Shown: positions 1 to 9,131, numbered from the stretch's first letter. The stretch is 19,688 nt of DNA from an uncultured Leptospiraceae bacterium (GCA_964631535.1 CAZVZS010000040.1:1435-21122), one strand, 5' to 3'. Numbers and translations: made by a program. Notes: generated by a model from the sequence alone, not told the origin.

Positions 1-799
1 GAAAATTCCGCCGATGCGGCGCTCCAGGGCAACGGAGTCCCCGTCACCCGCGAACGATTCCTCGAATTGTTTGGTATGTTTCAGCGCCCAGATGTAAAGA
101 CCGTGGAGATCGGGGCCTGCCCGCGCTGTTGCCGGGGCCTCCTCCCGAGAATCCGTCTCTTCCGGAGCGCCCGGCGGAACCAGATCCCCCGCGTAACGGC
201 GCAGGTCGCGGTCAGAGCGCACCCGCTGACGAAACAAATCGCCCGCCTCAGGATTTTCGTCTGAAAGTGCCTGAAAATATTTTACGAGAAATTCACCCGG
301 ACTGGCGGAGCGTCGCGCCCGGCCAATGCCGTCCTCAAGGGCCCGGAGCAGCACGGCCGAATCGGGCGAACGGGGACTGAGTTCCCGGTCCAGGAACATT
401 CGCACCATTACGGGACCATCATCCGCGTCGATTTCGGCCAGGACCGGCACCAGTTCCCCGGCCGGAGGCAATCCATCCGCCTCCAGCTCGCGGATTTCAC
501 GCAGGTACGGTCGCGCGCGTTCGCGGTAGTACGGATCCAGGAAAAATTCCGCGCCCCGATGCCGCGCGCGCTCCGGATGCAGGCCGCGCGCGAGGTTCAA
601 TTCGAAATCGTACAGAACGCTGAACGGCACCCCGCGTTTTTTCAACACGGCGGCGATGGCGCGCGCTCGCAGTCGCAGAGCCAGAGCCCCCGCATCGGCG
701 ATGAGTTCCGCCACCATGCGGCCGCGCTCCGGGGAGCCGGCCGTAAAAAAAACTTCGGCGAAGGTTCCCGAATCCTGTAAGTACTTCTCAGACGACATA
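1..799 (-). CDS. Hypothetical protein, partial. The minus-strand ATG is at 797-799 and the C-terminus lies beyond the window start. Translation begins MSSEKYLQDSGTFAEVFFTAGSPERGRMVAELIADAG...
   Basis: My own translation of the minus strand gives one uninterrupted frame of more than 265 codons from 799 to 1, with GC-rich third positions. All + strand frames here are broken into ORFs under 85 aa. It is missing from the ORF track because no stop codon lies inside the window. I recognise no domain. Confidence 0.55.
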
Positions 800-870
800 A
801 TCCCGGAAAAAAAACCGTGCCTGTTCCCCGCTACCCTGTATTACAGATCGGAATTCACTCTTTGCGAATC

Positions 871-899
871 TTCCAAAATACCCGCTGGTTGGGTATAAT
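871..899 (+). promoter_or_regulatory. Candidate sigma70-type promoter: -35 TTCCAA (871-876), 17-nt spacer, -10 TATAAT (894-899)
   Basis: A perfect TATAAT hexamer lies about 45 nt upstream of the GTG start at 944. This is in the divergent intergenic region between the minus gene ending at 799 and the SDR-HPPK gene. The -35 matches 4 of 6 positions. Confidence 0.35.
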
Positions 900-943
900 T
901 CACGCAAAAAATCCGCTTTTTACTTTTGCCCTGAACGCGGTGG

Positions 944-2102
944 GTGATATCCTGCCCCGCAGTGACACCGACCGCGTTTGTTACCGGAGGGGCCGTTCGA
1001 CTGGGCCGCTCCCTGGCCCTCCACCTGGCCGGGTCCGGTTATGACATCGCCCTGCATTACGCCCATTCCGAAACCGCGGCCCAGGCGACCGCCGCTGAAA
1101 TTCGGGGGATGGGCCGGGAATGCCGCCTCTTCCACTGCGATTTTTCGACGAGCCGCCGAGCTGTTCGGAGCTGTGGCAGCCTGGCGTCTGCCACAGCTCC
1201 TCATCAATTCAGCCTCACTGTACGACCAGGCGCCCATCCTGAGCACCAACCGCTCCACGCTCGAACGTGAATTCGCCGTGAATTTTTTCGCGCCTTTCGA
1301 TTTAATCCGCGCCTTCGCGGCCACGCGACAGCCCGGTCAGGTCATCAATATCCTGGACAATAAAATCGCCTTCGCCCAGTTTCAGTACGCGGCGTATTTA
1401 CTTTCAAAAAAAGCGCTCGCGGAGTTGACCAGAATCGCCGCGCTCGAATTCGCTCCGGTCTTGCGGGTCAACGGCATCGCGCCCGGCGTCGTCCTGCCCG
1501 CGCGGGAACGGAGCGCCGGGTACCTGGTCTGGCGCGAACAGGGCATTCCCCTGCGTCGCCAGGGACAGATTTCCGAAATCACGCGCGGGCTGGACTATTT
1601 GGTCCAGAATGAATTTCTCACCGGCCAGATTTTGTTCATCGACGGCGGCGAATCCCTTGGCGCGACCGGGCGCAACGCGGCCGATTTCTCACAGAGACGG
1701 TCACGCGTGGTCGTGGCCGTCGGCTCCAATATTCAGCCTGAGGAAAATATCCGTCTGGCGGCTGAACTGCTGGCGCGCGAATCGACCCTGCTCGATCAGG
1801 CCGCGCTGATTCGTACCGAACCGGACGGCTACCGTGACCAGGCTGATTTTTTGAACGGCGCGTTCCTGATCGAGACGGAACTCGAACACGACGATCTGCG
1901 CGCCTACCTCAAATCCCTGGAAGTGCGACTCGGTCGTGTCAAAGGCCCCATCAAAGCCGGCCCGCGTACGATCGATCTGGACATCATTCTCTGGGACGGA
2001 GCGGTCCTTGACGGGGATTATTTTCACAAACATTACATTAAAACCCCCGTGCGCGAAATTGTGGATCGCAATCGTATCGAAGTTCGCGAAGCGCGGGGGT
2101 GA
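944..2102 (+). CDS. folK: Bifunctional SDR-family reductase (FolM/pteridine-reductase-like) fused to HPPK (FolK). The N-terminal ~70 codons (944 to ~1153) are in a different frame from the rest (978-2102), so this is either a pseudogene or an indel artefact.
   Basis: Frame +2 from GTG 944 encodes the Rossmann N-terminus TAFVTGGAVRLGRSLALHLAGSGYDIALHY...CDFS. Frame +3 continues with AAELFGAVAAWRLPQLLINSASLY, the catalytic YLLSK (YxxxK) and NGIAPGVV. The same ORF then reads straight into an HPPK domain with no stop (VVVAVGSNIQ...EPDGY...FLNGAFLIETELE...GPRTIDLDIILWDG), roughly 1704-2099. Confidence 0.8.
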
Positions 2103-3016
2103 CGGATTTACCGATGAAAAAACAAAAAATATTTCTGGTGGTCGGCGGATCATCGGTATCGGGCCAGGCGATTCTCGCGGGCCTGCGCGGAGCGGACACG
2201 CGGCTTATTTCGACCACGTCCACAGCGGAAGCGGTGAGCGGCGCGGACCACACGATCCACGGCATCGACCTGGCCGCGCCCGACGCGGCCGACAAAATCC
2301 TGGCCGGCGTGCGCGCCGCGGACGCGGGTGATCCCGGTACGCTCGCGGGCATCGTGTACGTCCCGGCCCGCGGCATGGTCGGGATGCCCGCCTCCGCCGC
2401 CACGCGTGAAATGGTATCGGAGAGTATCGAATATTCCGTGCGGCCGATGCTGCGACTCATGCGGGACCTGCGGCCGGCGCTGACGGTGTGTCTTTCCGGC
2501 TTCATCACAATGGAACCGATGCTGGACATATACGGGGCGATGACGTTTACCAAGCTCATCATGGAAGACCTGGCGGTGCGCCACCCGGACCGTTTCAAAG
2601 CGATTCGCCTCGGCATGTTTCCGAGCAAGTCCGTGCGCGGCATCGCTATTCTGGTGCAGAAAGGCGCGATGCGGAAAACCTATCCGGAACTCGTGGACGT
2701 GGAACGTCGCTGGCGCGATTCAGGTGAAAAAAAATTCGCGGACTGGCTCTGGGGCCGCAATTACGAATTTGAGGAAAAAGTCCACCGCCACGCGGCCCCC
2801 TTCGATAAACCGTTTCGCCCCACGACCGCCGATGATATTCGCCTGGCGGCGATTCGAATTTTTTCAGGCGAAAAAGACCCCATCCTGAACGTGCTCGGCG
2901 ACTGGGTCTGGACCGACACGAAGATGCCAGCTCTGCCGGCGGTGATCCAGAAGCGGGCCGAACTCCTCCAGACCGACCTGGATTTGTATTTCGCCGTTTC
3001 TGGTGCGCAGCAGTAA
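2099..3016 (+). CDS. NAD(P)-binding Rossmann-fold protein, SDR-like with an atypical catalytic region. The likely true start is ATG 2114 (MKKQKIFLVVGG).
   Basis: N-terminal KIFLVVGGSSVSGQAILAGL is a glycine-rich dinucleotide-binding motif. The GTG at 2099 overlaps the upstream TGA (GTGA). I found no canonical YxxxK. Confidence 0.55.
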   Translation: MTDLPMKKQKIFLVVGGSSVSGQAILAGLRGADTRLISTTSTAEAVSGADHTIHGIDLAAPDAADKILAGVRAADAGDPGTLAGIVYVPARGMVGMPASAATREMVSESIEYSVRPMLRLMRDLRPALTVCLSGFITMEPMLDIYGAMTFTKLIMEDLAVRHPDRFKAIRLGMFPSKSVRGIAILVQKGAMRKTYPELVDVERRWRDSGEKKFADWLWGRNYEFEEKVHRHAAPFDKPFRPTTADDIRLAAIRIFSGEKDPILNVLGDWVWTDTKMPALPAVIQKRAELLQTDLDLYFAVSGAQQ

Positions 3017-3176
3017 CGCGGTGCCACATAGGCGCCTCCCGGGCGAACTCGCGCGGAATGGACTTGACAGGGGAGAAGCAGGGGTAAGGCTCCAGTCATC
3101 TCAAATTGAGGAATTTCACGTGGGCGAGCCTGCCCGGCTCCGCAACGCGAAACTTTAAATACGATCGGAGGAATTT

Positions 3177-3620
3177 ATGATCTTAAACAAGAAAGGCGCG
3201 CTCACGGTTCTCGCCGGCATCTTTTTTTTCGTGGCTGGCGGAAGCCTCTTCGCCCAGGGATCGCCCATGGGCACATGGGTGACCATCAGCGATAAAGACG
3301 GTAAACCCAAATCCCATGTACAGATTTTTCAGTGCGGCGCGAATGTGTGCGGCAAAATCACCAAACTGCTGGCTCCCGAAGAACCGAACCCCAAATGTTC
3401 GAAATGCCCCGGTAACTTCAAAGACAAACCGATCGAAGGCCTGGTATTCATGTGGGGCCTGACCTGCAACGGCGCGGCCTGCGAAGGCGGACAGATTCTC
3501 GATCCGCAAACCGGCAGCATCTACAAATGTAAAATGGAAGTGAAAGGTTCGCAGTTGCTTGTGCGCGGCTTCCTCGGGTTTTCCCTGATCGGCCGGACCC
3601 AGACCTGGAACAAACTGTAA
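3177..3620 (+). CDS. Secreted DUF2147-like protein
   Basis: Sec signal peptide MILNKKGALTVLAGIFFFVAGGSLFAQG, then GTWVTISDKDGKPKSHVQIFQCGANVCGKITKL...GRTQTWNKL, which fits the DUF2147 pattern (GxW...KS.V.I...GKI...GRTQ.W). SD GGAGGA lies 7 nt upstream of the ATG. Confidence 0.75.
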   Translation: MILNKKGALTVLAGIFFFVAGGSLFAQGSPMGTWVTISDKDGKPKSHVQIFQCGANVCGKITKLLAPEEPNPKCSKCPGNFKDKPIEGLVFMWGLTCNGAACEGGQILDPQTGSIYKCKMEVKGSQLLVRGFLGFSLIGRTQTWNKL

Positions 3621-3642
3621 GAGCGTTAGCGTTTTTTGCGCG

Positions 3643-3675
3643 AAAACCGGAGCCAGGTCTGGCTCCGGTTTTTTT
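3643..3675 (+). terminator. Rho-independent terminator (stem ccggagcca/tggctccgg, then T7); also usable from the minus strand
   Basis: aaaaCCGGAGCCAggtcTGGCTCCGGttttttt lies 23 nt after the DUF2147 stop. It has A-tract/T-tract symmetry and sits between convergent genes. Confidence 0.75.
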
Positions 3676-3771
3676 GCGCCACGGGGGGCGCGGGAAGACA
3701 CCGAACCTCAAGGCAGGTGGGAGTCATACGGGTCGTCCATCTTTCGCGGCCAAATCCGCCTCCGCCTCAGC

Positions 3772-6474
3772 TCAAGCCCCGCGGGCTTTCAGCAGTTCGT
3801 CCAGGCGCCGCCCGTTTTCAGAATCAGGATTCAACTCCAGCGCCCTCCGCAAATAATCACGGGACTGGCTGAACTGCCCCAGTATCCGATAATTATCCGC
3901 GAGGTTGATCAGATTCGCCACGCGATTCGGTTGCAGATTGTACAACTTTTCGCCCGCGTAGGCCGCGTCCTCGATCCGCTTGAGGTGTTTGTAACAGAGC
4001 GACAGATTGAACCACACGTCCGCCACGTCGGGGCGAATATCAAGCAGCTCGCGCATCTGCGCTGCCGCCGCTTCGTACTCCTTGCGGTCGAACAATTCCT
4101 GGCTCCTCTGGCTCAGGCCTTCCAGGTTGGTGGATGATTCGGTTCCGCGCGCGAGGCCGGGTGTGGGCGCCCAGGATTCATCTTCGCTGACGGAAACCCC
4201 GCGCTCGCGCGCCCCCACCGGGGCGAACTCCACGCGAATCAGGGAAAGATCGTCCGTGAGATGACCCCCCGCGCGAATCAGCTCGACCACGCGATCCAGC
4301 TGGCCGCGCGCTTCCTGCACCGTATCCAGGAAAACATTTTCGTCCTCGTTGATGACGCGTACGCCGGGATCGTCACTCGTATCGATGTCATCGCGCCCGT
4401 CGCTGCCGGCGAACAGAACATCGCCTGGTTCAAGCTGGAATTCGTGCACGCGAAATTTGTATTCGGACAGGGACCCGAGTTTTCGAAGCGTGAGTTCTTT
4501 TTCGATAAACTGCGCGCGACCATCGCGGTAGAGGACGCTCCAGGGATGTTCCGCGTTGAAATAATACATTTTTCCGGTGGTTTCGCTGACGATTCCGAGC
4601 ACGACCGAAGCCATCATCACGCCGTCGAAGGTGCGAAACGTATCGTCCAGATCGCTGTACGTATTGGCCAGCCATTGTTCGGGGCTGATTTGTAATACGC
4701 GGTCGTTCCGCGCGGAGCGGGACATGATGTTGTTCATCACCGTGCCGAGTACGATGGCACCCCCGGCGCCCTGCATCGATTTCCCCATGGCGTCCCCGTT
4801 GCAGAATACCGTAAAACGACCCGCGTCCTTGAAGCGTAAATTCCCGGCGATGCAGATGTCCCCACCCAGTTCACTGTCACGCTCGCGAAAGCTGAATTTT
4901 TTCTTCTGCTCCATGAAAAAATCCGTACGCACCGTTTCGGATTTATTCCAGTCCATGGCCAGGGGTTTGCCGATGAGCGCCGTAAGATAGTAGTCCCCAT
5001 CCTGTTGAACCTTGAGTTTTTCGATCACCTCCAGTTTTTCCTGGACTTCTTTCGTACGTTCTATGACTTTCTCTTCCAGGGTGTCCGCGTACTCCTGTAG
5101 CTTGTTTTTCGCGTCCAGAATACTGCGCACCATACGATTGAAACTTTCGGACAGGTAACCGATTTCGTCCTGCACCATCACCGGGATGGCGATGCGCAGA
5201 TTGCCCACGTTTACCTCACCCACACCTTCCAGCAGGGCGTTCAGCGGCCGCACCAGGGTGCGCGAGAAAAACACCGGATAGAGCACCAGAATCATTATGA
5301 CCAGCAGGCCCAGCATCACGGCCACTTTGCTCGCGAACCCGTTGGCGTACGAGCGGTAGTACAGATACGGAAAACCGATTTCGTACACGCGTCCCGAGGC
5401 TTCGTCACGAACCCGGTACCCGAAATATAACTGATCCGAAAATTTCGCGGCCTGCCGCGGAATGCGTACGCCCACCGGCGGCGCGGGCTCCGCGCGAAAG
5501 GATTCGGTAACGGCCGCCAGGTCAAACGAATGGTTATGCCGATTGAAGAGGATCCGCGCGCCTTCGCCCTGGTACGGACGCAGGGAATAGCTGAATACGT
5601 AGGCGGCGTTTTCAGGAACCGGGTTCCCGGCCAGAAGGTAGGTGCGCGCGTCGAGCGTGTTCATGCGATCGAATTTGCGTTCGAATTCGCCGTTGATGAC
5701 GGAGAACACCCCCTGCACCACGAGCAAAATCGTCATGATGGAAATTCCGACGATTTTGGTCATGAAGGACGTGCGCTCGACCGTGTTGTTGATAAATACG
5801 ATGGCGATGGCGAAATAACCGACCAGGGTCAGGACTACGAATATTTGTTGAAAGGCCCCGTGGTTGATCACGCCGCGCTGCCAGAGCATATTGGCGATGC
5901 CCGGACCCAGAGCTGGCACGGTCATAGCGAAGAGCAACTGAATCTGCGCGCGCCGTTCCTCCCCTTCCAGACGCCTGGCTTTGCGGATCATGACGACGAT
6001 AAACCAGAACACCATCAACAATATGCCGTAGGAAACCAGCTTGCCCATCGGCTGACCGTTCGACTCGAAATAATTAAAAACGTCCCCCGCGAACGTGAAG
6101 TCGGGCTGCGTGCGGAGCGCCTGCCAGAAAAAATGCCCGGCCAGCCCCAGGGAAAACAGAGTGGTGAGCGCCAGGGCGATGCGGGCTTCCCGCGCGAATT
6201 CGAGCCGCGGAAAATAATAGGCGAACGCGACCATGAAAATGATCGGCGTAAAAACCCCGCCCACCGTGATGAACCGATGGTGTCCGCCCAGCGGCGCGGG
6301 TAGTATGGCGCCCCAGAGAAAACCGAAATCGAGGATGAAGGCTCCCAGGAAAAAGTACACCACGATCATCGTATTCCTGGATTTGTTTTTCAGCGTGAGC
6401 AGATACCCGAGGATCAGCAGGGTAAACACGCAACAAATCAGGGTGGCAATGCCCCAGGCGTTAAAGTAGATCAT
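3772..6474 (-). CDS. Polytopic membrane sensor: 8 TM helices, a ~120-aa extracytoplasmic loop, a further TM, then HAMP, PP2C (SpoIIE/RsbU-type) Ser phosphatase and C-terminal TPR repeats
   Basis: HAMP: SRTLVRPLNALLEGVGEVNVGNLRIAIPVMVQDEIGYLSESFNRMV. PP2C motifs: GGDICIA, GDAMGKSMQGAGGAIVL, VLFAGSDGRDD, HLTDDLSLIRV. TPR: WFNLSLCYKHLKRIEDAAYAGEKLYNLQPNRVANLINLADNYRILGQ...ALELNPD. I prefer the ATG at 6472-6474 (MIYFNAWG, AGGAAG about 9 nt upstream) to the TTG at 6513. Confidence 0.85.
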   Translation of the reverse strand: MIYFNAWGIATLICCVFTLLILGYLLTLKNKSRNTMIVVYFFLGAFILDFGFLWGAILPAPLGGHHRFITVGGVFTPIIFMVAFAYYFPRLEFAREARIALALTTLFSLGLAGHFFWQALRTQPDFTFAGDVFNYFESNGQPMGKLVSYGILLMVFWFIVVMIRKARRLEGEERRAQIQLLFAMTVPALGPGIANMLWQRGVINHGAFQQIFVVLTLVGYFAIAIVFINNTVERTSFMTKIVGISIMTILLVVQGVFSVINGEFERKFDRMNTLDARTYLLAGNPVPENAAYVFSYSLRPYQGEGARILFNRHNHSFDLAAVTESFRAEPAPPVGVRIPRQAAKFSDQLYFGYRVRDEASGRVYEIGFPYLYYRSYANGFASKVAVMLGLLVIMILVLYPVFFSRTLVRPLNALLEGVGEVNVGNLRIAIPVMVQDEIGYLSESFNRMVRSILDAKNKLQEYADTLEEKVIERTKEVQEKLEVIEKLKVQQDGDYYLTALIGKPLAMDWNKSETVRTDFFMEQKKKFSFRERDSELGGDICIAGNLRFKDAGRFTVFCNGDAMGKSMQGAGGAIVLGTVMNNIMSRSARNDRVLQISPEQWLANTYSDLDDTFRTFDGVMMASVVLGIVSETTGKMYYFNAEHPWSVLYRDGRAQFIEKELTLRKLGSLSEYKFRVHEFQLEPGDVLFAGSDGRDDIDTSDDPGVRVINEDENVFLDTVQEARGQLDRVVELIRAGGHLTDDLSLIRVEFAPVGARERGVSVSEDESWAPTPGLARGTESSTNLEGLSQRSQELFDRKEYEAAAAQMRELLDIRPDVADVWFNLSLCYKHLKRIEDAAYAGEKLYNLQPNRVANLINLADNYRILGQFSQSRDYLRRALELNPDSENGRRLDELLKARGA

Positions 6475-6748
6475 GATGGCACACTTCCTGTCCGGGATGG
6501 ACGAACGGCCCAATCCTCTTCGATGATCGGTTTCAGATCAACGTGTTTTTGGACCGGACCGTATAAATAGGAAGCCAATTTTTCATTGGCGGCCAGTCGG
6601 AGGCAACCCGAATTATGTCCCGGCCCGCCCCGAAAGCCGGCCTGGCTCATTTTTTTCGGTTCGGATGTCAGAAAGCCCGCCCACCCTTCGTCCAATCCCT
6701 GGTTTACCATCCGGGTCCGGACCGATTGGCAGGCCAGGAGTAAAATAT

Positions 6749-7948
6749 ATGGCAGCAGCCAGTGAATACCAGGTTAAAGATTACGTAAAAAAACGCAAAG
6801 CACTGTCGGGGGTTCTGTACGAAGCCGCGCTACCGAACGAATACCTCATTCGGGTCGGCGCGAAAAAACCGATGGCGGTCCTGGGGGGTCGCAGTTTTCG
6901 GTTCTTCGGCCTGCGCAAATTCATTCGCATTCCGGCTTCGGTGCAGACGCTCGAATTTTCGACTGACAACGCGAACATTCACTTCCAGGGGCTGGGTATC
7001 GAAGGGTACGCCGCCTGGCAGATCAATCCCGCCGATCCGATCCACGCCTGTAAGACTCTGGATCTCTTCGACGCGGAAGACCCGATGGCGCGCACCAACT
7101 ACGAGTTACGCATGATCTGCGTGGAGGCGGTTCGCCACGTGATCGCCAACATGAGCATCGAGGACGCGCACCGCAAAAAAGAGGACATCGCCGGGCAACT
7201 GAAACTCCAGCTCACCCAGGTGGAGGACAAATGGGGCATTCTGTTCCACCAGGTCGGCATCCGGCACGTGAAGGTCATGTCAGAGCATGTGTTCAACGAT
7301 CTTCAATCGGATTTTCGCAACGATCTGCGCCTGCAATCACGCAGAAAAGAAATCGAGACCAATCGGCAGATTGTGTCCAATGAAAACGCGCTGCGTGAAA
7401 ACTCCGAAATGGAGCGCCTGAGCACCGATCGCAAGGTGCATCTGGCCGAACTGGAAAATCGCGGCACCATCCAGGAAAACGAACTGGCCAGCCGCCGCCG
7501 GATCGCGCTCGCGGAAATCGAAAACAATACGATTCTGCACGAAACCGAATTGAACGAGGAGCGTCGCCTGGCGGAGCTGGAGCACGCGGTGCGGGCGAAA
7601 AAAATGGAACTCGAAATCGAACGCTGGAATCGGTTCGAGTTGCCGCTGCTCGAATTAAAAGCGCGCGCCGCCGGGATTCAAAAGGAAATCGAACTGAGCG
7701 GCCTGGCGGTGGAGCGCGCGCGCCGCGAAATCGCGGGCAACTTCAGCGAAGCGGAACGGGCCATGAAACTGATCGAATCACTGCCGGCCGTCGCGGGAGC
7801 GCAGCGGATCGATTCCTACACGGTTCTGGAAGGGGGCGGTTCGCTTGCGCCGCTCGCGCGGGTGGTCCAGGAAGTTCTCTCGGTACTGAAAATCGGTGGA
7901 GCGAGCGAAATCGCCGGCATATTCAAAGGAACGAGCGGGGGGGCCTGA
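6749..7948 (+). CDS. SPFH/band-7 (flotillin-like) protein with a long charged coiled-coil and no TM anchor
   Basis: YLIRVGAKKPMAVLGGRSFRFFGLRKFIRIPASVQTLEFSTDNANIHFQGLGIEGYAAWQI resembles the SPFH core. About 200 aa rich in E/R/L/A follow (ELENRGTIQENELASRRRIALAEIEN...). The start is set at ATG 6749, with SD AGGAG 8 nt upstream. Confidence 0.6.
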   Translation: MAAASEYQVKDYVKKRKALSGVLYEAALPNEYLIRVGAKKPMAVLGGRSFRFFGLRKFIRIPASVQTLEFSTDNANIHFQGLGIEGYAAWQINPADPIHACKTLDLFDAEDPMARTNYELRMICVEAVRHVIANMSIEDAHRKKEDIAGQLKLQLTQVEDKWGILFHQVGIRHVKVMSEHVFNDLQSDFRNDLRLQSRRKEIETNRQIVSNENALRENSEMERLSTDRKVHLAELENRGTIQENELASRRRIALAEIENNTILHETELNEERRLAELEHAVRAKKMELEIERWNRFELPLLELKARAAGIQKEIELSGLAVERARREIAGNFSEAERAMKLIESLPAVAGAQRIDSYTVLEGGGSLAPLARVVQEVLSVLKIGGASEIAGIFKGTSGGA

Positions 7949-7985
7949 TGGTCCGGGGGCTTGATGGTCGAGCCTCCCGCACGGC

Positions 7986-9131
7986 TCACCTTTCGCGCGC
8001 GCCGGGGTCAGTCGTCACCCCGGCCGCGGCTTTTTCTTCCGGGAATTGCAGGCTTCGAATTATATACAATAAATCCGGATGGTGGCGAAATCCCGTGAAC
8101 ACCGGTTCGCGCAGAAAAAATACGAAGCGCCCGTCCCCGGTCCCGAACGCGTAATATCCGGTCTGCATCGTGCGCGTTGTGGCCGCTTCGGTGTACGACC
8201 AGAACGCTCCGTCCAGCGAGGGTCCGCCCGTAAGCGGCGGGGCCGCCTGGCGTGCGCCGATGAACTTCAAATCCGCGAGCAAAGCCGCGTTGCTCATATG
8301 GCCGAGCAACCTTCGAATCACGGGGACGACCGTTTCGCGCGCGTCCGGATCGCCAGGTTCTAACGCGAACAGGACCAGCACCGGGGCGATCTGCGGATCG
8401 GTGGCGGAAGCGGAAAACACACCGATCGGCATCCCCGCCAGGCCGTACCGAAAGTCGAGCTGAAGGTCGAAGGGGTCGTGAAAGAACAGGTCCTGAGGAA
8501 CCGCGAACGCGAGCGCCGGCCGGCCGTCTTTTTTTAACAGGCGTCGACCGCCCGGGATTTCCCAGGTATACCGGTCACGCACAGCGCGGGCGATTTCGGA
8601 GTTGCGCGCGCGCGCAAGGTATTCAAGCACCAGCCGTTCCTCCGCGTGCAGGAGGTGGAACGAATAAAACACGGCCAGAAAAATGAACAGGCCGATGTAC
8701 GCCGTATAAAACCCGCCCGCCTGTTTGAGCAGAAACTGAACCAGCAACCAGCCCAGCAGAGCCAGAACGATCCCGGTGGCCAGCGATGTCCCGAATACGG
8801 CCTCCGGCAACAGGAGCAGGCCCCCGGCCGCGGCCAGAATGAACATTAATTCCGGGCCAAGGGACAGGGGACCGGCCAGACGCCGCCGACAGATTCGATA
8901 AAAAACCTGACCGCCCAGGAGATTGAGGCCCAGTACGGGCAGGACCAGCAGCACGGCCCGGAGCCAGCCCCAGTGCGCCAGGTGCCAGACGTAGATCACA
9001 CCCGCGGGCAGGACAACCAGGTACACCGGGTTTCGCAAAGCGCGATCCGCGAGCCAGGGGAAGATTTTATTTGGTTGAAAATTTACCATGTATCCCGAAA
9101 GGTTCCGAAACGCTTCCAGAACGATTCGCAC
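7986..9131 (-). CDS. Integral membrane protein of unknown function (4-5 N-terminal TM helices plus a ~200-aa soluble domain)
   Basis: The ORF is long, with hydrophobic helices (LVVLPAGVIYVWHLAHWGWLRAVLLVLPVLGLNLLGG, FILAAAGGLLLLP, GIVLALLGWLLVQFLL, YIGLFIFLAVFYSFHLL). It is divergent from the STAS gene. The last ~20 codons have atypical usage. Confidence 0.5.
   Translation of the reverse strand: MRIVLEAFRNLSGYMVNFQPNKIFPWLADRALRNPVYLVVLPAGVIYVWHLAHWGWLRAVLLVLPVLGLNLLGGQVFYRICRRRLAGPLSLGPELMFILAAAGGLLLLPEAVFGTSLATGIVLALLGWLLVQFLLKQAGGFYTAYIGLFIFLAVFYSFHLLHAEERLVLEYLARARNSEIARAVRDRYTWEIPGGRRLLKKDGRPALAFAVPQDLFFHDPFDLQLDFRYGLAGMPIGVFSASATDPQIAPVLVLFALEPGDPDARETVVPVIRRLLGHMSNAALLADLKFIGARQAAPPLTGGPSLDGAFWSYTEAATTRTMQTGYYAFGTGDGRFVFFLREPVFTGFRHHPDLLYIIRSLQFPEEKAAAGVTTDPGARER

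Noticed and set aside
67-898. Five short + strand ORFs from the track (67..264, 129..380, 326..529, 559..780, 656..898)
   Set aside because: They are fragmented and Arg/Pro-rich. A single uninterrupted minus-strand frame of more than 265 codons covers the same region and is the better model.
3064-3092. TTGACA at 3064-3069 as the -35 of a promoter for the DUF2147 gene
   Set aside because: No acceptable -10 hexamer lies 16-18 nt downstream (the best is AAGGCT), so it is not reported as a feature.
6475-6513. TTG start at 6513 for the HAMP-PP2C gene
   Set aside because: A TTG start is rare. The ATG at 6472-6474 begins directly at the first TM helix and has AGGAAG upstream. The 6513 start would add an unsupported 13-aa extension.
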